Of a stretch of DNA of 55,509 bases, positions 38,108 through 46,415 are shown piece after piece (the stretch's first letter is position 1; every line of letters begins with the position of its first letter). The translations under genes and the position numbers were made by a program. The notes beneath the pieces were generated by a model, which was not told the DNA's origin, searched no databases, and worked only from the letters and a program-made list of their open reading frames with translations. Source of the stretch: a virus (lineage: Duplodnaviria; Caudoviricetes); IMG/VR virus record IMGVR_UViG_3300046413_000510, positions 1-55,509 of that record; one strand, written 5' to 3'.

Positions 38108-39058
38108 TTAGCCAAATGGTGGAAATAGTCTACCACCTGTCACTTTACCAATAGGTAAAGAGCGTCTTGCTACTTGTAGGGCGTCTCTGCCTGCTCTTTG
38201 TAATTCAGGCGGAAGTTTACCTAATAAACCACCAAACAAGCCAAAATTCTTTCCTGCTTTTATTGTAGGTACATCACCAAGTGATTTACCTGTTGTTGCA
38301 CCATTAACTTGGTCCATTGTTAAATTTACCCAAGTTCTAAAATTTAATGTAATAGGTACTATTGTCTGTTCATCTGCACCATAACTATAATCAATTGAAC
38401 CAATCGTTTGAGGATAAACTTCAGATAATCTTACTGCATATGTCACTCTTGCGTCATCATCTTGTTTTGCGTCAAACTGACCTAATGTTAAAATATCCAT
38501 ACTGCCAACATAGTCATCATAAAATCTCATTGAGTGACTTTCTTGGCTAATTATTTTCTTTTGCCAATTTTCAAAAAATAATCTTTGTCTTAAAAATTTA
38601 TCTGCATAAAAAGAACATTGTATCTGTCCACTAAAACTATATGCATATGGCATTTCTCTTTTAGGACCATATGTTCTATGTGCTACGGTGTTTATATCTC
38701 TATTTGGTAATGTCACAGCATTACACATCATATTGATACTTTCAATAGTTTGTTTACTTTCTAAATCATTATTAGCAGCCGGTAGAGTACCTTGTCTAAT
38801 TGCCATAGGGTCGGTTCTTCTATTGAGAGCCTCCTGTGCAACGCCATTAGGTAAATTTATTCTTACAACATATCTATTTGGCCTAGCAAAACCTTCGCCT
38901 TGATTTATTTGTGATTGAAACCTTTGTAATACACCAGCACCACCAGGTTGTCTCTGCAATCTAGGGTCTTTGTGTATATCTACTAATGATTTATCTCTAG
39001 GTAATCCTATTCTAACATCATAATTACCTATTCTTCTACCACCTCTTAATACTGCCAT
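38108..39058 (-). CDS. gp54: Baseplate tail-tube initiator (gp54-like)
   Basis: GFARPNRY.V, C..VTLP.R, FFENWQ, FYDDYV, L.EVYP..I..I. Confidence 0.75.
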   Translation of the reverse strand: MAVLRGGRRIGNYDVRIGLPRDKSLVDIHKDPRLQRQPGGAGVLQRFQSQINQGEGFARPNRYVVRINLPNGVAQEALNRRTDPMAIRQGTLPAANNDLESKQTIESINMMCNAVTLPNRDINTVAHRTYGPKREMPYAYSFSGQIQCSFYADKFLRQRLFFENWQKKIISQESHSMRFYDDYVGSMDILTLGQFDAKQDDDARVTYAVRLSEVYPQTIGSIDYSYGADEQTIVPITLNFRTWVNLTMDQVNGATTGKSLGDVPTIKAGKNFGLFGGLLGKLPPELQRAGRDALQVARRSLPIGKVTGGRLFPPFG

Positions 39059-39612
39059 TAGATTTTTCTCCTACTATCTGCGAATACTTGACCAATACTT
39101 GCTTTATTAAATTTAGCAACTGGTAAGTATATTGCAATCGCCATTTCTTGTACATCAACTCTTAAAAAATTACTTCTTACATAACGCCAAAGGTATTTTT
39201 TAATGGCTGGTTTTATTAAACCAATATTCTTTACTGCGTCATACGTGACCTGTAATCTTGTTGATTGGTCAAACTTTGAGTTTGTACTAAACTGCTGTAA
39301 TTGGTCTAATAATTTATAACGTAAACCGTAGGGAAGATAATGAAAGTTTAAACCTATAAAACCTCCTCTAAACGTATCAATAGGTAATACTAGTGGAAAT
39401 GTATCGTAAAATGGTAGTTTTGCTTTTGTTTTAGGGTCATATACAAACATAGACATTCTGCCTGCACTTGGTCTACCTAATAACTTGCCGTCTCTCATTA
39501 ACTTACCAGATGTTGCTCTATCTGATATTAATGAAGCTGCATTACGATACCAAGACGCCGATTTGAATTGTTTGTCTTGTAAATCAACTAGTGGATTAAA
39601 TATATTTACCAT
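39058..39612 (-). CDS. gp2: DNA end protector gp2
   Basis: GRM.MF.YDPK.K.KLPFYD.FPLV, GFIGLNFHYLP, IKKYL, LPVA.F. Confidence 0.92.
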   Translation of the reverse strand: MVNIFNPLVDLQDKQFKSASWYRNAASLISDRATSGKLMRDGKLLGRPSAGRMSMFVYDPKTKAKLPFYDTFPLVLPIDTFRGGFIGLNFHYLPYGLRYKLLDQLQQFSTNSKFDQSTRLQVTYDAVKNIGLIKPAIKKYLWRYVRSNFLRVDVQEMAIAIYLPVAKFNKASIGQVFADSRRKI

Positions 39613-39617
39613 ACCAC

Positions 39618-39625
39618 TATTTATA
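39618..39625 (-). promoter_or_regulatory. T4-type late promoter (gp2)
   Basis: TATAAATA 5 nt upstream of the ATG, right after a terminator. Confidence 0.75.
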
Positions 39626-39657
39626 AGAAAACCCTTAGCGATTTCTCGCTAAGGGTT
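39625..39657 (-). terminator. Rho-independent terminator after gp32
   Basis: AACCCTTAGCGA-GAAA-TCGCTAAGGGTT 12-bp stem followed by TTCTT on the - strand. Confidence 0.88.
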
Positions 39658-39683
39658 AAGCATTCGTGATTGAGAGAGAAAGA

Positions 39684-40580
39684 TTAATCTTCGTCTGCTA
39701 ATCTACTAAAATATGACAAAGTATCGTCATCATCACTAGCAGGCTTAGATTTAACATCACTTGAGCTTGGCACAGACGTTGTGGTTTGTGGTGGGAGGTC
39801 TACATTTTCCACGGTCTCTGTGTTTCGTTGTCCCATAATTACCCTATTCAGTTTCTCTTTGAGTTCATCATAGGTCTTAAAATTACTAGGGTCAACAAAA
39901 GGTTTTAGAGGATATTGTTTAGCCCAAATAGCTTTGATATCATCATCACTATCTTTGATTTGGCTAACACCCTCAAATTCAGACTTGTCATAGTTCCAGT
40001 AACCATCAACTTTTCTAATCTTCAGTTTGAAGTTAGCACCTTTCCAAAAGTCAAATGGGTTGATTGGTGTCTCATCATCAAACGCTGGTTGCATTGCTTC
40101 AGTAATCTTATCAAAGATTTTCTTACCGAATTTAAATATAAAAACTTTACCTTCGTTTTCAGGATGTTTTGGGTCTGACACAACAAAGATGTTTGAGTAG
40201 TATGATAATTTTCTTTTTCTCTTACGAGCAATTTCTTTATCACTATCAACACCTGTGTTCCATAATCTTGAATTTTCTTCACTAACAGGATCCTTTTGAT
40301 TAAGAGTTGTTAATGAGTTCTCAATAAACCAACCACCTTTATCTTGGAATGCGTGTGACCATACTCTTTGCCAAGGCATTTCTTCACCTGTACTTGCTGG
40401 CAAGAATCTGATTACTGCATAACCATTACCAGTTTTATCTAGTTCAGGTTTCCAAATTCTATCGTCTTGGTATTTGTTAGATTTATTACCAGAGGATTCT
40501 GGTTTTTCTGTTGAAGCTTCTAATGCTTTTGTTATCTTATCAAAGTTAGAAGCACTTGATTTTAAACTTTCAAAGTCCAT
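39684..40580 (-). CDS. gp32: Single-stranded DNA binding protein gp32
   Basis: DDRIWKP..DKTGNGYAVIRFLP, HAFQ, RKRKLSYYSNI, FKFGKKIFDKI, YWNYDKSEF, acidic C-terminal tail. Confidence 0.97.
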   Translation of the reverse strand: MDFESLKSSASNFDKITKALEASTEKPESSGNKSNKYQDDRIWKPELDKTGNGYAVIRFLPASTGEEMPWQRVWSHAFQDKGGWFIENSLTTLNQKDPVSEENSRLWNTGVDSDKEIARKRKRKLSYYSNIFVVSDPKHPENEGKVFIFKFGKKIFDKITEAMQPAFDDETPINPFDFWKGANFKLKIRKVDGYWNYDKSEFEGVSQIKDSDDDIKAIWAKQYPLKPFVDPSNFKTYDELKEKLNRVIMGQRNTETVENVDLPPQTTTSVPSSSDVKSKPASDDDDTLSYFSRLADED

Positions 40581-40646
40581 ATTATATCTCCTTTGTATTA
40601 AATATGTTCGTTGTATTTGTGTTGGCTATATTATCGCCATCAATAG

Positions 40647-40654
40647 TATTTATA
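40647..40654 (-). promoter_or_regulatory. T4-type late promoter (gp32)
   Basis: Intergenic TATAAATA. Confidence 0.7.
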
Positions 40655-40660
40655 ATAGTT

Positions 40661-41203
40661 TTACTTAGCATTTCGTAAATAATCTACCATATTTTTCGGT
40701 GTTGTTTCAAAGTATGGGTCATCATCTATGCCTTCATTATTGATACCTGGTTCTTGAAACCATTTCTCAACAACGCCATCATTTATAACTGCCATATATC
40801 TCCAACTCCTATTACCGAAACCTAAATGGTTTTTACCAATTAGCATTCCCATAAATCTTGTAAAGTTACCTGAACCATCAGGTATCATCTTAACACTTTT
40901 TATATTCATATGATTTGACCAAGCATTCATTACATAAGAGTCATTAACTGATACACAATAAACTTCGTCTATGCCTAATAATTTAATTTGAGCATACTCT
41001 TCTTCAAATCCTGGTAATTGTTGTGATGAGCAAGTAGGTGTAAATGCACCTGGTAAGCTAAACAATACAACTCTCTTACCCTTAAAGTAATCGTCTGTTG
41101 TTTTATTAAGCCATTGACCACCGATAGCACAACCGCCGTCTGTCTCTACCTCATCACCAACTCTTGTTCTAAATGTAACCTTTGGTATTTGTAATCCGTT
41201 CAT
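40661..41203 (-). CDS. Peroxiredoxin (Prx5-like)
   Basis: SLPGAFTPTCS..QLPG, CVSVND..VM.AW, DGSG.FT, RSWRY. Confidence 0.95.
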   Translation of the reverse strand: MNGLQIPKVTFRTRVGDEVETDGGCAIGGQWLNKTTDDYFKGKRVVLFSLPGAFTPTCSSQQLPGFEEEYAQIKLLGIDEVYCVSVNDSYVMNAWSNHMNIKSVKMIPDGSGNFTRFMGMLIGKNHLGFGNRSWRYMAVINDGVVEKWFQEPGINNEGIDDDPYFETTPKNMVDYLRNAK

Positions 41204-41239
41204 AATCTATTCTTTTGTTATTCGTTAGTATTGTTTATT

Positions 41240-41268
41240 AATATACACCATTTAAGATAGATTGTCAA
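41240..41268 (-). promoter_or_regulatory. sigma70 promoter for peroxiredoxin
   Basis: TTGACA-N17-TATATT. Confidence 0.65.
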
Positions 41269-42178
41269 TGCTGGAATAGTCAACATAAAATAAATTTTGT
41301 GTGCCTTCCCACTCTGGTACGTGTTGATTAACGTTATCTTTTAGGTTTAAATCTCTATTTACCTTGTAAAATGTGGTGTTAGGGTACAATTTAAATAACT
41401 GCAACCATTGATTTACCCAATTATCGTGTGGTGTAGGGCTATTTTCGGGTGCCAGATAGTGTTTTGACCCTTTGTATATGTTATTGATTCGGTCTGTTTT
41501 TGATTTTAAATCGTGGCCTATCAAAAATACTTCTTTTGCCTTATATGTTTCACAAGCAACATAACCACTACTAGGACCACAAGCCCAACCTCTATCTTTA
41601 CCCATAACATCTGTCAAACTAGTTGACTTATCTTTTTTAGGGTGTATCCAAGAAATCTTAATTTGACCTACACTAATTTTTTTCTCTATAACTTCTTTAT
41701 TCTTTTTTATAATATGTGCTAGGCCTTCTAATTTAGAACCGTGAAATACAAACTCTTCAGCCAGACCTTTTTCGTTAGAAGTAAATACGCCTTTGGTATT
41801 TTTAATTAGGTCTACATCTAATTCAGATATATTACCTTCTACCATTAGTTTATATAAGTGTACAGGTACTTTTGTCCAATCTCTAAAGTATGATGGTATT
41901 TCAAAACAAATACCACTATGGTATATTTCGTGCATAATACCGTGGTCTACTGAAACAATTGCGTCTGGTTTAAAATCTCTGTACAATGCATTACAACCCA
42001 TAATGGTACCTAGTGGTCGTAATCTCTCTAAATCAAAACCTAATCTTGATTCACCATTGCCTATACAAAATGCTCTACTCATTTTTGTTCTATCTAGTTT
42101 ATTTTGTCTTGACATTTTAAGACCAATGTTTAATATCTCTTCTTCTTTTGGCCATTCTTCATCAAAATATTTAGCCAT
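41252..42178 (-). CDS. Hypothetical Rossmann-like protein (DUF115/MptE/sialyltransferase-like motifs)
   Basis: CIGNGESR, GCNALYRDF.PD...VD, LIGHDL, NNIYKGS.HY. Confidence 0.6.
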   Translation of the reverse strand: MAKYFDEEWPKEEEILNIGLKMSRQNKLDRTKMSRAFCIGNGESRLGFDLERLRPLGTIMGCNALYRDFKPDAIVSVDHGIMHEIYHSGICFEIPSYFRDWTKVPVHLYKLMVEGNISELDVDLIKNTKGVFTSNEKGLAEEFVFHGSKLEGLAHIIKKNKEVIEKKISVGQIKISWIHPKKDKSTSLTDVMGKDRGWACGPSSGYVACETYKAKEVFLIGHDLKSKTDRINNIYKGSKHYLAPENSPTPHDNWVNQWLQLFKLYPNTTFYKVNRDLNLKDNVNQHVPEWEGTQNLFYVDYSSIDNLS

Positions 42179-42500
42179 AATAATAATTTACTAGTCCACT
42201 TGCAAATATAAAGATAGCAACACCATTTAACATTATCAATGCTCTGTCGTGCCACATCATACCTACAACTAACCAACCAGATACACCTATTAAATGTGTC
42301 CACATATTCCAAGGTTCTATACTTGATGATGTCAATACCATACCTGATAGTATTACTAAAGATGAAAACCATTTTACGTACCAAGATAAATCACCTTTTG
42401 GTGTTACCTTTTTAAATACTCTTGATGAATTTAATGCCTTGATTTTATCATCTAGTTTAGGTTTCCACTTATCATATTCATCTTTCACTTCTTTAATCAT
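42171..42500 (-). CDS. Small 3-TM membrane protein
   Basis: SWYVKW...PWN...GW..VG..W.DRALI.LN. Confidence 0.75.
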   Translation of the reverse strand: MIKEVKDEYDKWKPKLDDKIKALNSSRVFKKVTPKGDLSWYVKWFSSLVILSGMVLTSSSIEPWNMWTHLIGVSGWLVVGMMWHDRALIMLNGVAIFIFASGLVNYYYG

Positions 42501-43104
42501 TAACAAATACCTCTTTCATAATCATTTTTGCTTCTGTCACATTAAAATTTAAAAACGGCTTCAATCTGGTAATCGTATGTGAGATTTTAGGCCATACAAC
42601 TTTTTCATTAATATCTTTATCCCAATTTTTGAAAAACGCAAGGTGTTTATCCAGATAGATGGTGGTTTCGTGTTTAATTTTCCCTTGAATAAGTAATCGT
42701 AAGAGTCTAGGATGTTGTCCATTAGATACGCCCAAACCATCATCAAAAGAAATACGCTTGTTGCTAAAATCATCATTAATCCGTACGCAATCGTCCCTAA
42801 AGTGATATCTAAAAGACTCTTTATACTTTTTATATCTGGTGTAATTGTCAGTACCTTCATTGTTTAATAAATTTCCTATCCACTTGTCGCCATTAATAAC
42901 AAAATTAGCAACAAAATAATCCAAGATATCTCGTTCATTAAATCGCTTAGATAACTTATGAAAAAAATATCTATCTTTTCTTTTAGTGAATGTATCCAGC
43001 GTTGCATTTGTTTTACCACCATATTTTATATAATCATATGTATCGGTTGTAAAGTGTAGTTTAACACCAAGATATACTTTATATACATCAAATCCACCAT
43101 ACAT
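42493..43104 (-). CDS. gp59: Helicase loader gp59
   Basis: GFDVYKVYL..KLHFT...YDY.KY.GK, KRKDRYFF.KL, YFVANF, KPFL. Confidence 0.93.
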   Translation of the reverse strand: MYGGFDVYKVYLGVKLHFTTDTYDYIKYGGKTNATLDTFTKRKDRYFFHKLSKRFNERDILDYFVANFVINGDKWIGNLLNNEGTDNYTRYKKYKESFRYHFRDDCVRINDDFSNKRISFDDGLGVSNGQHPRLLRLLIQGKIKHETTIYLDKHLAFFKNWDKDINEKVVWPKISHTITRLKPFLNFNVTEAKMIMKEVFVND

Positions 43105-43247
43105 TAATGTTTATCCCTAGTCTCGCTATAACCATAATCCATAACAATACTTATAATAGTGAATATGACACCTAATGCTATTATTCCCCATAGACCTTTG
43201 TCATACTCAACAAACAACATATGATATAACATTTCTAAGCCATTCAT
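43104..43247 (-). CDS. 47-aa single-TM protein (not in ORF track)
   Basis: MNGLEMLYHMLFVEYDKGLWGIIALGVIFTIISIVMDYGYSETRDKH*. ATGA and TAATG overlaps at its two ends. Confidence 0.65.
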   Translation of the reverse strand: MNGLEMLYHMLFVEYDKGLWGIIALGVIFTIISIVMDYGYSETRDKH

Positions 43248-43462
43248 ACAGGTAAAGTACCACCTTTCTTAATCTTAAGCATATTGGCATTTATAGCCTC
43301 AGCTTTGATTTTTTCTTTTAGTGATTTTGAGATTAATCTTGAAGTAGTTTCTACTTCAATGTTTTGAGATTCACAATAGTGTACTATTGCGTCAATATAA
43401 GTTATTGGTTTTTTTTCTTTAACTATATCGTTTATTTTATTTGTAAATTCTTTGCTATTCAT
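43244..43462 (-). CDS. gp33: Late transcription co-activator gp33
   Basis: YIDAIVHYCE..NIEVE....LISKSLKEKIKAEA...NM. Start re-placed at MNSKEF because the upstream extension lies in the tmRNA and promoter. Confidence 0.9.
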   Translation of the reverse strand: MNSKEFTNKINDIVKEKKPITYIDAIVHYCESQNIEVETTSRLISKSLKEKIKAEAINANMLKIKKGGTLPV

Positions 43463-43467
43463 ATTAT

Positions 43468-43496
43468 ATAATATATCACTTATTCTATTAAATGTA
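43468..43496 (-). promoter_or_regulatory. sigma70 promoter for gp33 (near-leaderless)
   Basis: TTTACA-N17-TATTAT with extended TG. ATG lies 5 nt downstream. Confidence 0.6.
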
Positions 43497-43497
43497 A

Positions 43498-43856
43498 AGC
43501 GTGGTGTTTCTGTTGCCAAGTACACCACAAAACTCCGTCACCTATTAACTAGGCAGCAATAGCAAAATTTTCGTTGCCATTTAAAATTGCGTTTGAGTTC
43601 GCCAACTATTACTCTCTATAAAGTCTTTCAATACGAGTCGAACCTACCACACCCCCCATAAGCACATTATTTACAAAGGTCTTCGTACTTTGTAGTATGT
43701 AGTCTATGTTTACTTAAATCACCTTGGTGTTTGATAGTAAACAAATTTAGAAACCATTTTAACATACTAATCTCCTACAATGTGTTTATGGTGGAGGTGG
43801 TGGGAGTTGCACCCACGTCCTCTATACCTATTATACTCTACGTCAACAAGTAATTC
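43498..43856 (-). ncRNA. ssrA: Circularly permuted two-piece tmRNA, alphaproteobacterial type
   Basis: Acceptor piece ~43856-43789 ends GTGGG-TGCAACT-CCCAC-CACCTCC-A-CCA. Coding piece starts GGGGGTG at 43656 (7-bp acceptor stem with G3:U70 Ala determinant). P2 pairings CTC-GTATT/GGTAT-GAG, ACTTTAT/GTAGAGT, AGTAAT/ATTACT. Tag frame 43578-43549 reads (A)GNENFAIAA*. 3' hairpin GTGGTGT/ACACCAC encloses GGCAACAGAA. Confidence 0.93.
43667..43765 (-). CDS. 32-aa peptide inside the tmRNA intervening segment (not in ORF track)
   Basis: MLKWFLNLFTIKHQGDLSKHRLHTTKYEDLCK*. SD TAGGAGA lies 5 nt upstream of the ATG. Confidence 0.6.
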   Translation of the reverse strand: MLKWFLNLFTIKHQGDLSKHRLHTTKYEDLCK

Positions 43857-43857
43857 T

Positions 43858-44202
43858 TTAAGTACCTAATTTATTCTTATAAGTTAAATCAAAAGAATGA
43901 GATACTATACAACTTTCGGAACCTGATGGTGCCGTTAGGACTATCAAGTGTTCCTCACTGCCATTAGTGAAAGTGGTAACATAGTAAGCTGGTGGGTTAT
44001 CTGCGATAGCACCCTCCCTCGCTATAGAAAATGTTTCAGGTTCAAAACCAAAGTCTTGAATATACTGATTTACAATTTCACTAGGTCCACATTGCGCTGG
44101 CAATCCCATAGGCGCTAAACCATAATTTCTTTTTAATTCGTGGTCAGCTTGGGCTGTAAACGCAATCACACTAAACAAAAGTGTTATTATTATTTTATGC
44201 AT
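43858..44202 (-). CDS. Secreted/periplasmic hypothetical protein
   Basis: Signal peptide ending AQA, two Cys, SD GGAGG. Confidence 0.75.
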   Translation of the reverse strand: MHKIIITLLFSVIAFTAQADHELKRNYGLAPMGLPAQCGPSEIVNQYIQDFGFEPETFSIAREGAIADNPPAYYVTTFTNGSEEHLIVLTAPSGSESCIVSHSFDLTYKNKLGT

Positions 44203-44242
44203 TATGCCTCCTATAAGGACTTAATTAGACGAGGCCACTTGA

Positions 44243-44926
44243 TTAATTTTCTAGCTTTGTTTTATTAAGTTCTTCATAATATTTATAAAAGTCCTTAATG
44301 GCTTTTTCTAGTTGTGACAAGTATTCTGATTTTTGTTTTACAAAACTATTACAACTACCATCTTCGCCTGCTTGTAGTACAACAATTTGTTCTATCGGTT
44401 TACCGAATAGCTCTTCATACATAATTGCATAAGCAGAACATTGTAAGTAGTATGATTCATTCCAACTATCAATACGTTCTTTGTTTGCTGTTTTGAAATC
44501 TATTACTGATAATTTACCATTGTACTCTGCAATACAATCAACTTGACCAGCAAGGGTCAGTTTGTGTGAGTACATAATCTTTTCAAGACAATGTATATTA
44601 TCAACTTGGTCTAGGTATGGTTTCATCAACTTAAACATACCATTTGGTAGTACGTCTTTAATAGTTTGTTGTTGACCTTTTAAGTATTGCTCAACAAGTG
44701 TGTGTGTTGCTTTACCTCTACGTGCCGCTCTGGCCATTTCCCATTTGGCAGCCTCTTCACCAACATTCTTACGCCACTTTTCTAGGCCTGCTTTCTTTTG
44801 AATACCTAAAATTGTGGTTACAGATGGATAGTGTTTGCCATCTACGGCATAAAACCTAAAACCATTCTGATTCATTCCCTTTGTATTTGGGAATTTACTC
44901 TCATCTAATTGTATAAAATTCTTCAT
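44243..44926 (-). CDS. PD-(D/E)xK exonuclease (Cas4-like phage exonuclease)
   Basis: YPSVTTIL, RG...H..VE.YL, AGQVDCIAEY.G.LSVIDFKT, Y.LQ.SAYA. Confidence 0.92.
   Translation of the reverse strand: MKNFIQLDESKFPNTKGMNQNGFRFYAVDGKHYPSVTTILGIQKKAGLEKWRKNVGEEAAKWEMARAARRGKATHTLVEQYLKGQQQTIKDVLPNGMFKLMKPYLDQVDNIHCLEKIMYSHKLTLAGQVDCIAEYNGKLSVIDFKTANKERIDSWNESYYLQCSAYAIMYEELFGKPIEQIVVLQAGEDGSCNSFVKQKSEYLSQLEKAIKDFYKYYEELNKTKLEN
44280..44287 (-). promoter_or_regulatory. Possible late promoter for 43858-44202 and the tmRNA
   Basis: TATAAATA in the 3' end of the exonuclease gene. Confidence 0.45.
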
Positions 44927-45027
44927 TATATTGTTCCTTGCATATAGTTTAGTAAGTATGATAGTGCTGTAATAACTCCTACAACACTACCAATACCTAT
45001 TAAATATCTTAATATCGTGTTTTTCAT
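44926..45027 (-). CDS. 33-aa single-TM peptide (not in ORF track)
   Basis: MKNTILRYLIGIGSVVGVITALSYLLNYMQGTI*. TAATG-coupled to the exonuclease, right after a promoter. Confidence 0.55.
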   Translation of the reverse strand: MKNTILRYLIGIGSVVGVITALSYLLNYMQGTI

Positions 45028-45033
45028 ATGTTC

Positions 45034-45061
45034 ATTATATACTATTTTATTATATTGTCAA
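45034..45061 (-). promoter_or_regulatory. sigma70 promoter
   Basis: TTGACA-N16-TATAAT. Confidence 0.65.
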
Positions 45062-45156
45062 GCCTAAATTGAGCGGTGTTTCATTAATTCGTCATTAATT
45101 TTATTACGTTCTTTCAAGCTTGCCGCCTCTTTTTCATCATTAAGACGTTTAAGGTT

Positions 45157-45600
45157 TCAAGCTAATGCTTTGACCCTATCTCTTAATCTTTCTGCTCTAT
45201 TACCAACTTGTTTTGCCCAACGGCTATCCATCATTTCTACTGCCGCTGTTGACCAGTTATTGTCATTTACAGCTGCAACAAATTTTTTGAATTTTGCAAG
45301 TCTTGGAGCTCCCATATTAAAGCACATATTTACAATTACCTGTTGTGCTTCTTCAGGTAAATCATCAAGGTTAGGAAATACCTTTTTTGATTCATCAATA
45401 TACGTTTGTACGTCTGAATCAAATACACTATTCACTCTATCCTCTGATACAGGAGTACCTACTGGTGCTCCATACTCTTCATCACCTGCTACTACCAAAT
45501 GGCCAATGCCAAAAGTTTTGTAACCTAGGTGGTCATCATAGACTTCAAATTTTACGCCTTCGTCTATTTTTAGTTGTTCTCTTAACTTATTAGTATCCAT
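45157..45600 (-). CDS. Lysozyme (GH24, T4 e-like endolysin)
   Basis: E13-x8-D22-x5-T28 triad (DEGVKFEVYDDHLGYKTFGIGH), NMCFNMG...L.KF.K, DSRWAKQV..RA.RL. Confidence 0.95.
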   Translation of the reverse strand: MDTNKLREQLKIDEGVKFEVYDDHLGYKTFGIGHLVVAGDEEYGAPVGTPVSEDRVNSVFDSDVQTYIDESKKVFPNLDDLPEEAQQVIVNMCFNMGAPRLAKFKKFVAAVNDNNWSTAAVEMMDSRWAKQVGNRAERLRDRVKALA

Positions 45601-45601
45601 A

Positions 45602-45991
45602 TTATCCTCTTGTTAATTTGAGTAATTTCTCTATCTGAGCCTTAATTATTGGCGCTCTGTTTGGCCAATGTATATAAGGTTCGTCTGACTTCATTAAGTT
45701 ATATAAAAACGGTAAGATAAGTTTTTCTATATCTTTAAACTTGCCTATCGTTTCTTCATCACTAATTTCTTTTGTGATGGTCTCTTTTTCACTCACTATT
45801 TGCATTATCTCATTCATCATACTTTTGATTGATGAAACGTCACTCTTTACTTTTGATAATTCTAAATTCTGATTGTCAATTGCTTTTGGGTCTATACTTG
45901 GTTCTGCTTTTGGCATTTCGCCAACAGGTGTCATACCCCAATCATCATCAAGGTCAAATCCACGCATAAAATCTGGTATATCTTTTGCCAT
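45602..45991 (-). CDS. Conserved hypothetical protein
   Basis: LILPFL.NL.K..EPYIHWPNR motif. Tight packing with neighbours. Confidence 0.8.
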   Translation of the reverse strand: MAKDIPDFMRGFDLDDDWGMTPVGEMPKAEPSIDPKAIDNQNLELSKVKSDVSSIKSMMNEIMQIVSEKETITKEISDEETIGKFKDIEKLILPFLYNLMKSDEPYIHWPNRAPIIKAQIEKLLKLTRG

Positions 45992-46290
45992 TATTTTCCT
46001 TTTCTTTTACGGTGTTTTTCTATAACCTGTTTTGTTTTGATTTCTTTAATTGACTTCTTACCATATCGGTCAGCGAGAGCACTTGTAGGATGTGCCTCTG
46101 CTATTCTTTGCAAATTGTCTTTCCAACCTGAATCATTCTTGATACCTCCTGTACCACTAACTATATTTATCTTTGTAATAAGTTGTTTAATGTGTGGATT
46201 TTGTTCTAAATATGTCTCTCTATCAGATATAGACATATATTCATCAAACACTTTACCAGACTTGGTATTCTCAAATGTATATGTTGGCAT
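45991..46290 (-). CDS. FmdB-like protein lacking the zinc Cys residues
   Basis: MPTYTFEN..SG..F...MSI...E.YL..NP N-terminus. Confidence 0.65.
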   Translation of the reverse strand: MPTYTFENTKSGKVFDEYMSISDRETYLEQNPHIKQLITKINIVSGTGGIKNDSGWKDNLQRIAEAHPTSALADRYGKKSIKEIKTKQVIEKHRKRKGK

Positions 46291-46415
46291 TAATAACTCG
46301 CTACTACTACAAAAACTAGAGCACCTATAAAACCTAAAATCAAAACGTGATTACCTAGATTCAATAAACTTTTACCAACCGTATTGGGGTTTTTAGGGTC
46401 TATAATGTTATTCAT
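46290..46415 (-). CDS. 41-aa single-TM protein (not in ORF track)
   Basis: MNNIIDPKNPNTVGKSLLNLGNHVLILGFIGALVFVVVASY*. TAATG overlaps at both ends. Confidence 0.65.
   Translation of the reverse strand: MNNIIDPKNPNTVGKSLLNLGNHVLILGFIGALVFVVVASY

Noticed and set aside
43463-43528. N-terminal 22-aa extension of gp33 in the ORF track
   Set aside because: It overlaps the tmRNA 3' hairpin and the gp33 promoter. The gp33-like sequence starts at MNSKEF (43462).
44243-44926. Cas4-like nuclease as evidence of a CRISPR system
   Set aside because: No repeat-spacer array or other cas genes were seen. Solo PD-(D/E)xK exonucleases are common in T4-like phages.
45095-45150. Possible hammerhead ribozyme (ATGATGA...GAAA) after the lysozyme
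   Set aside because: The core deviates from CTGANGA and I could not build stems I-III convincingly.
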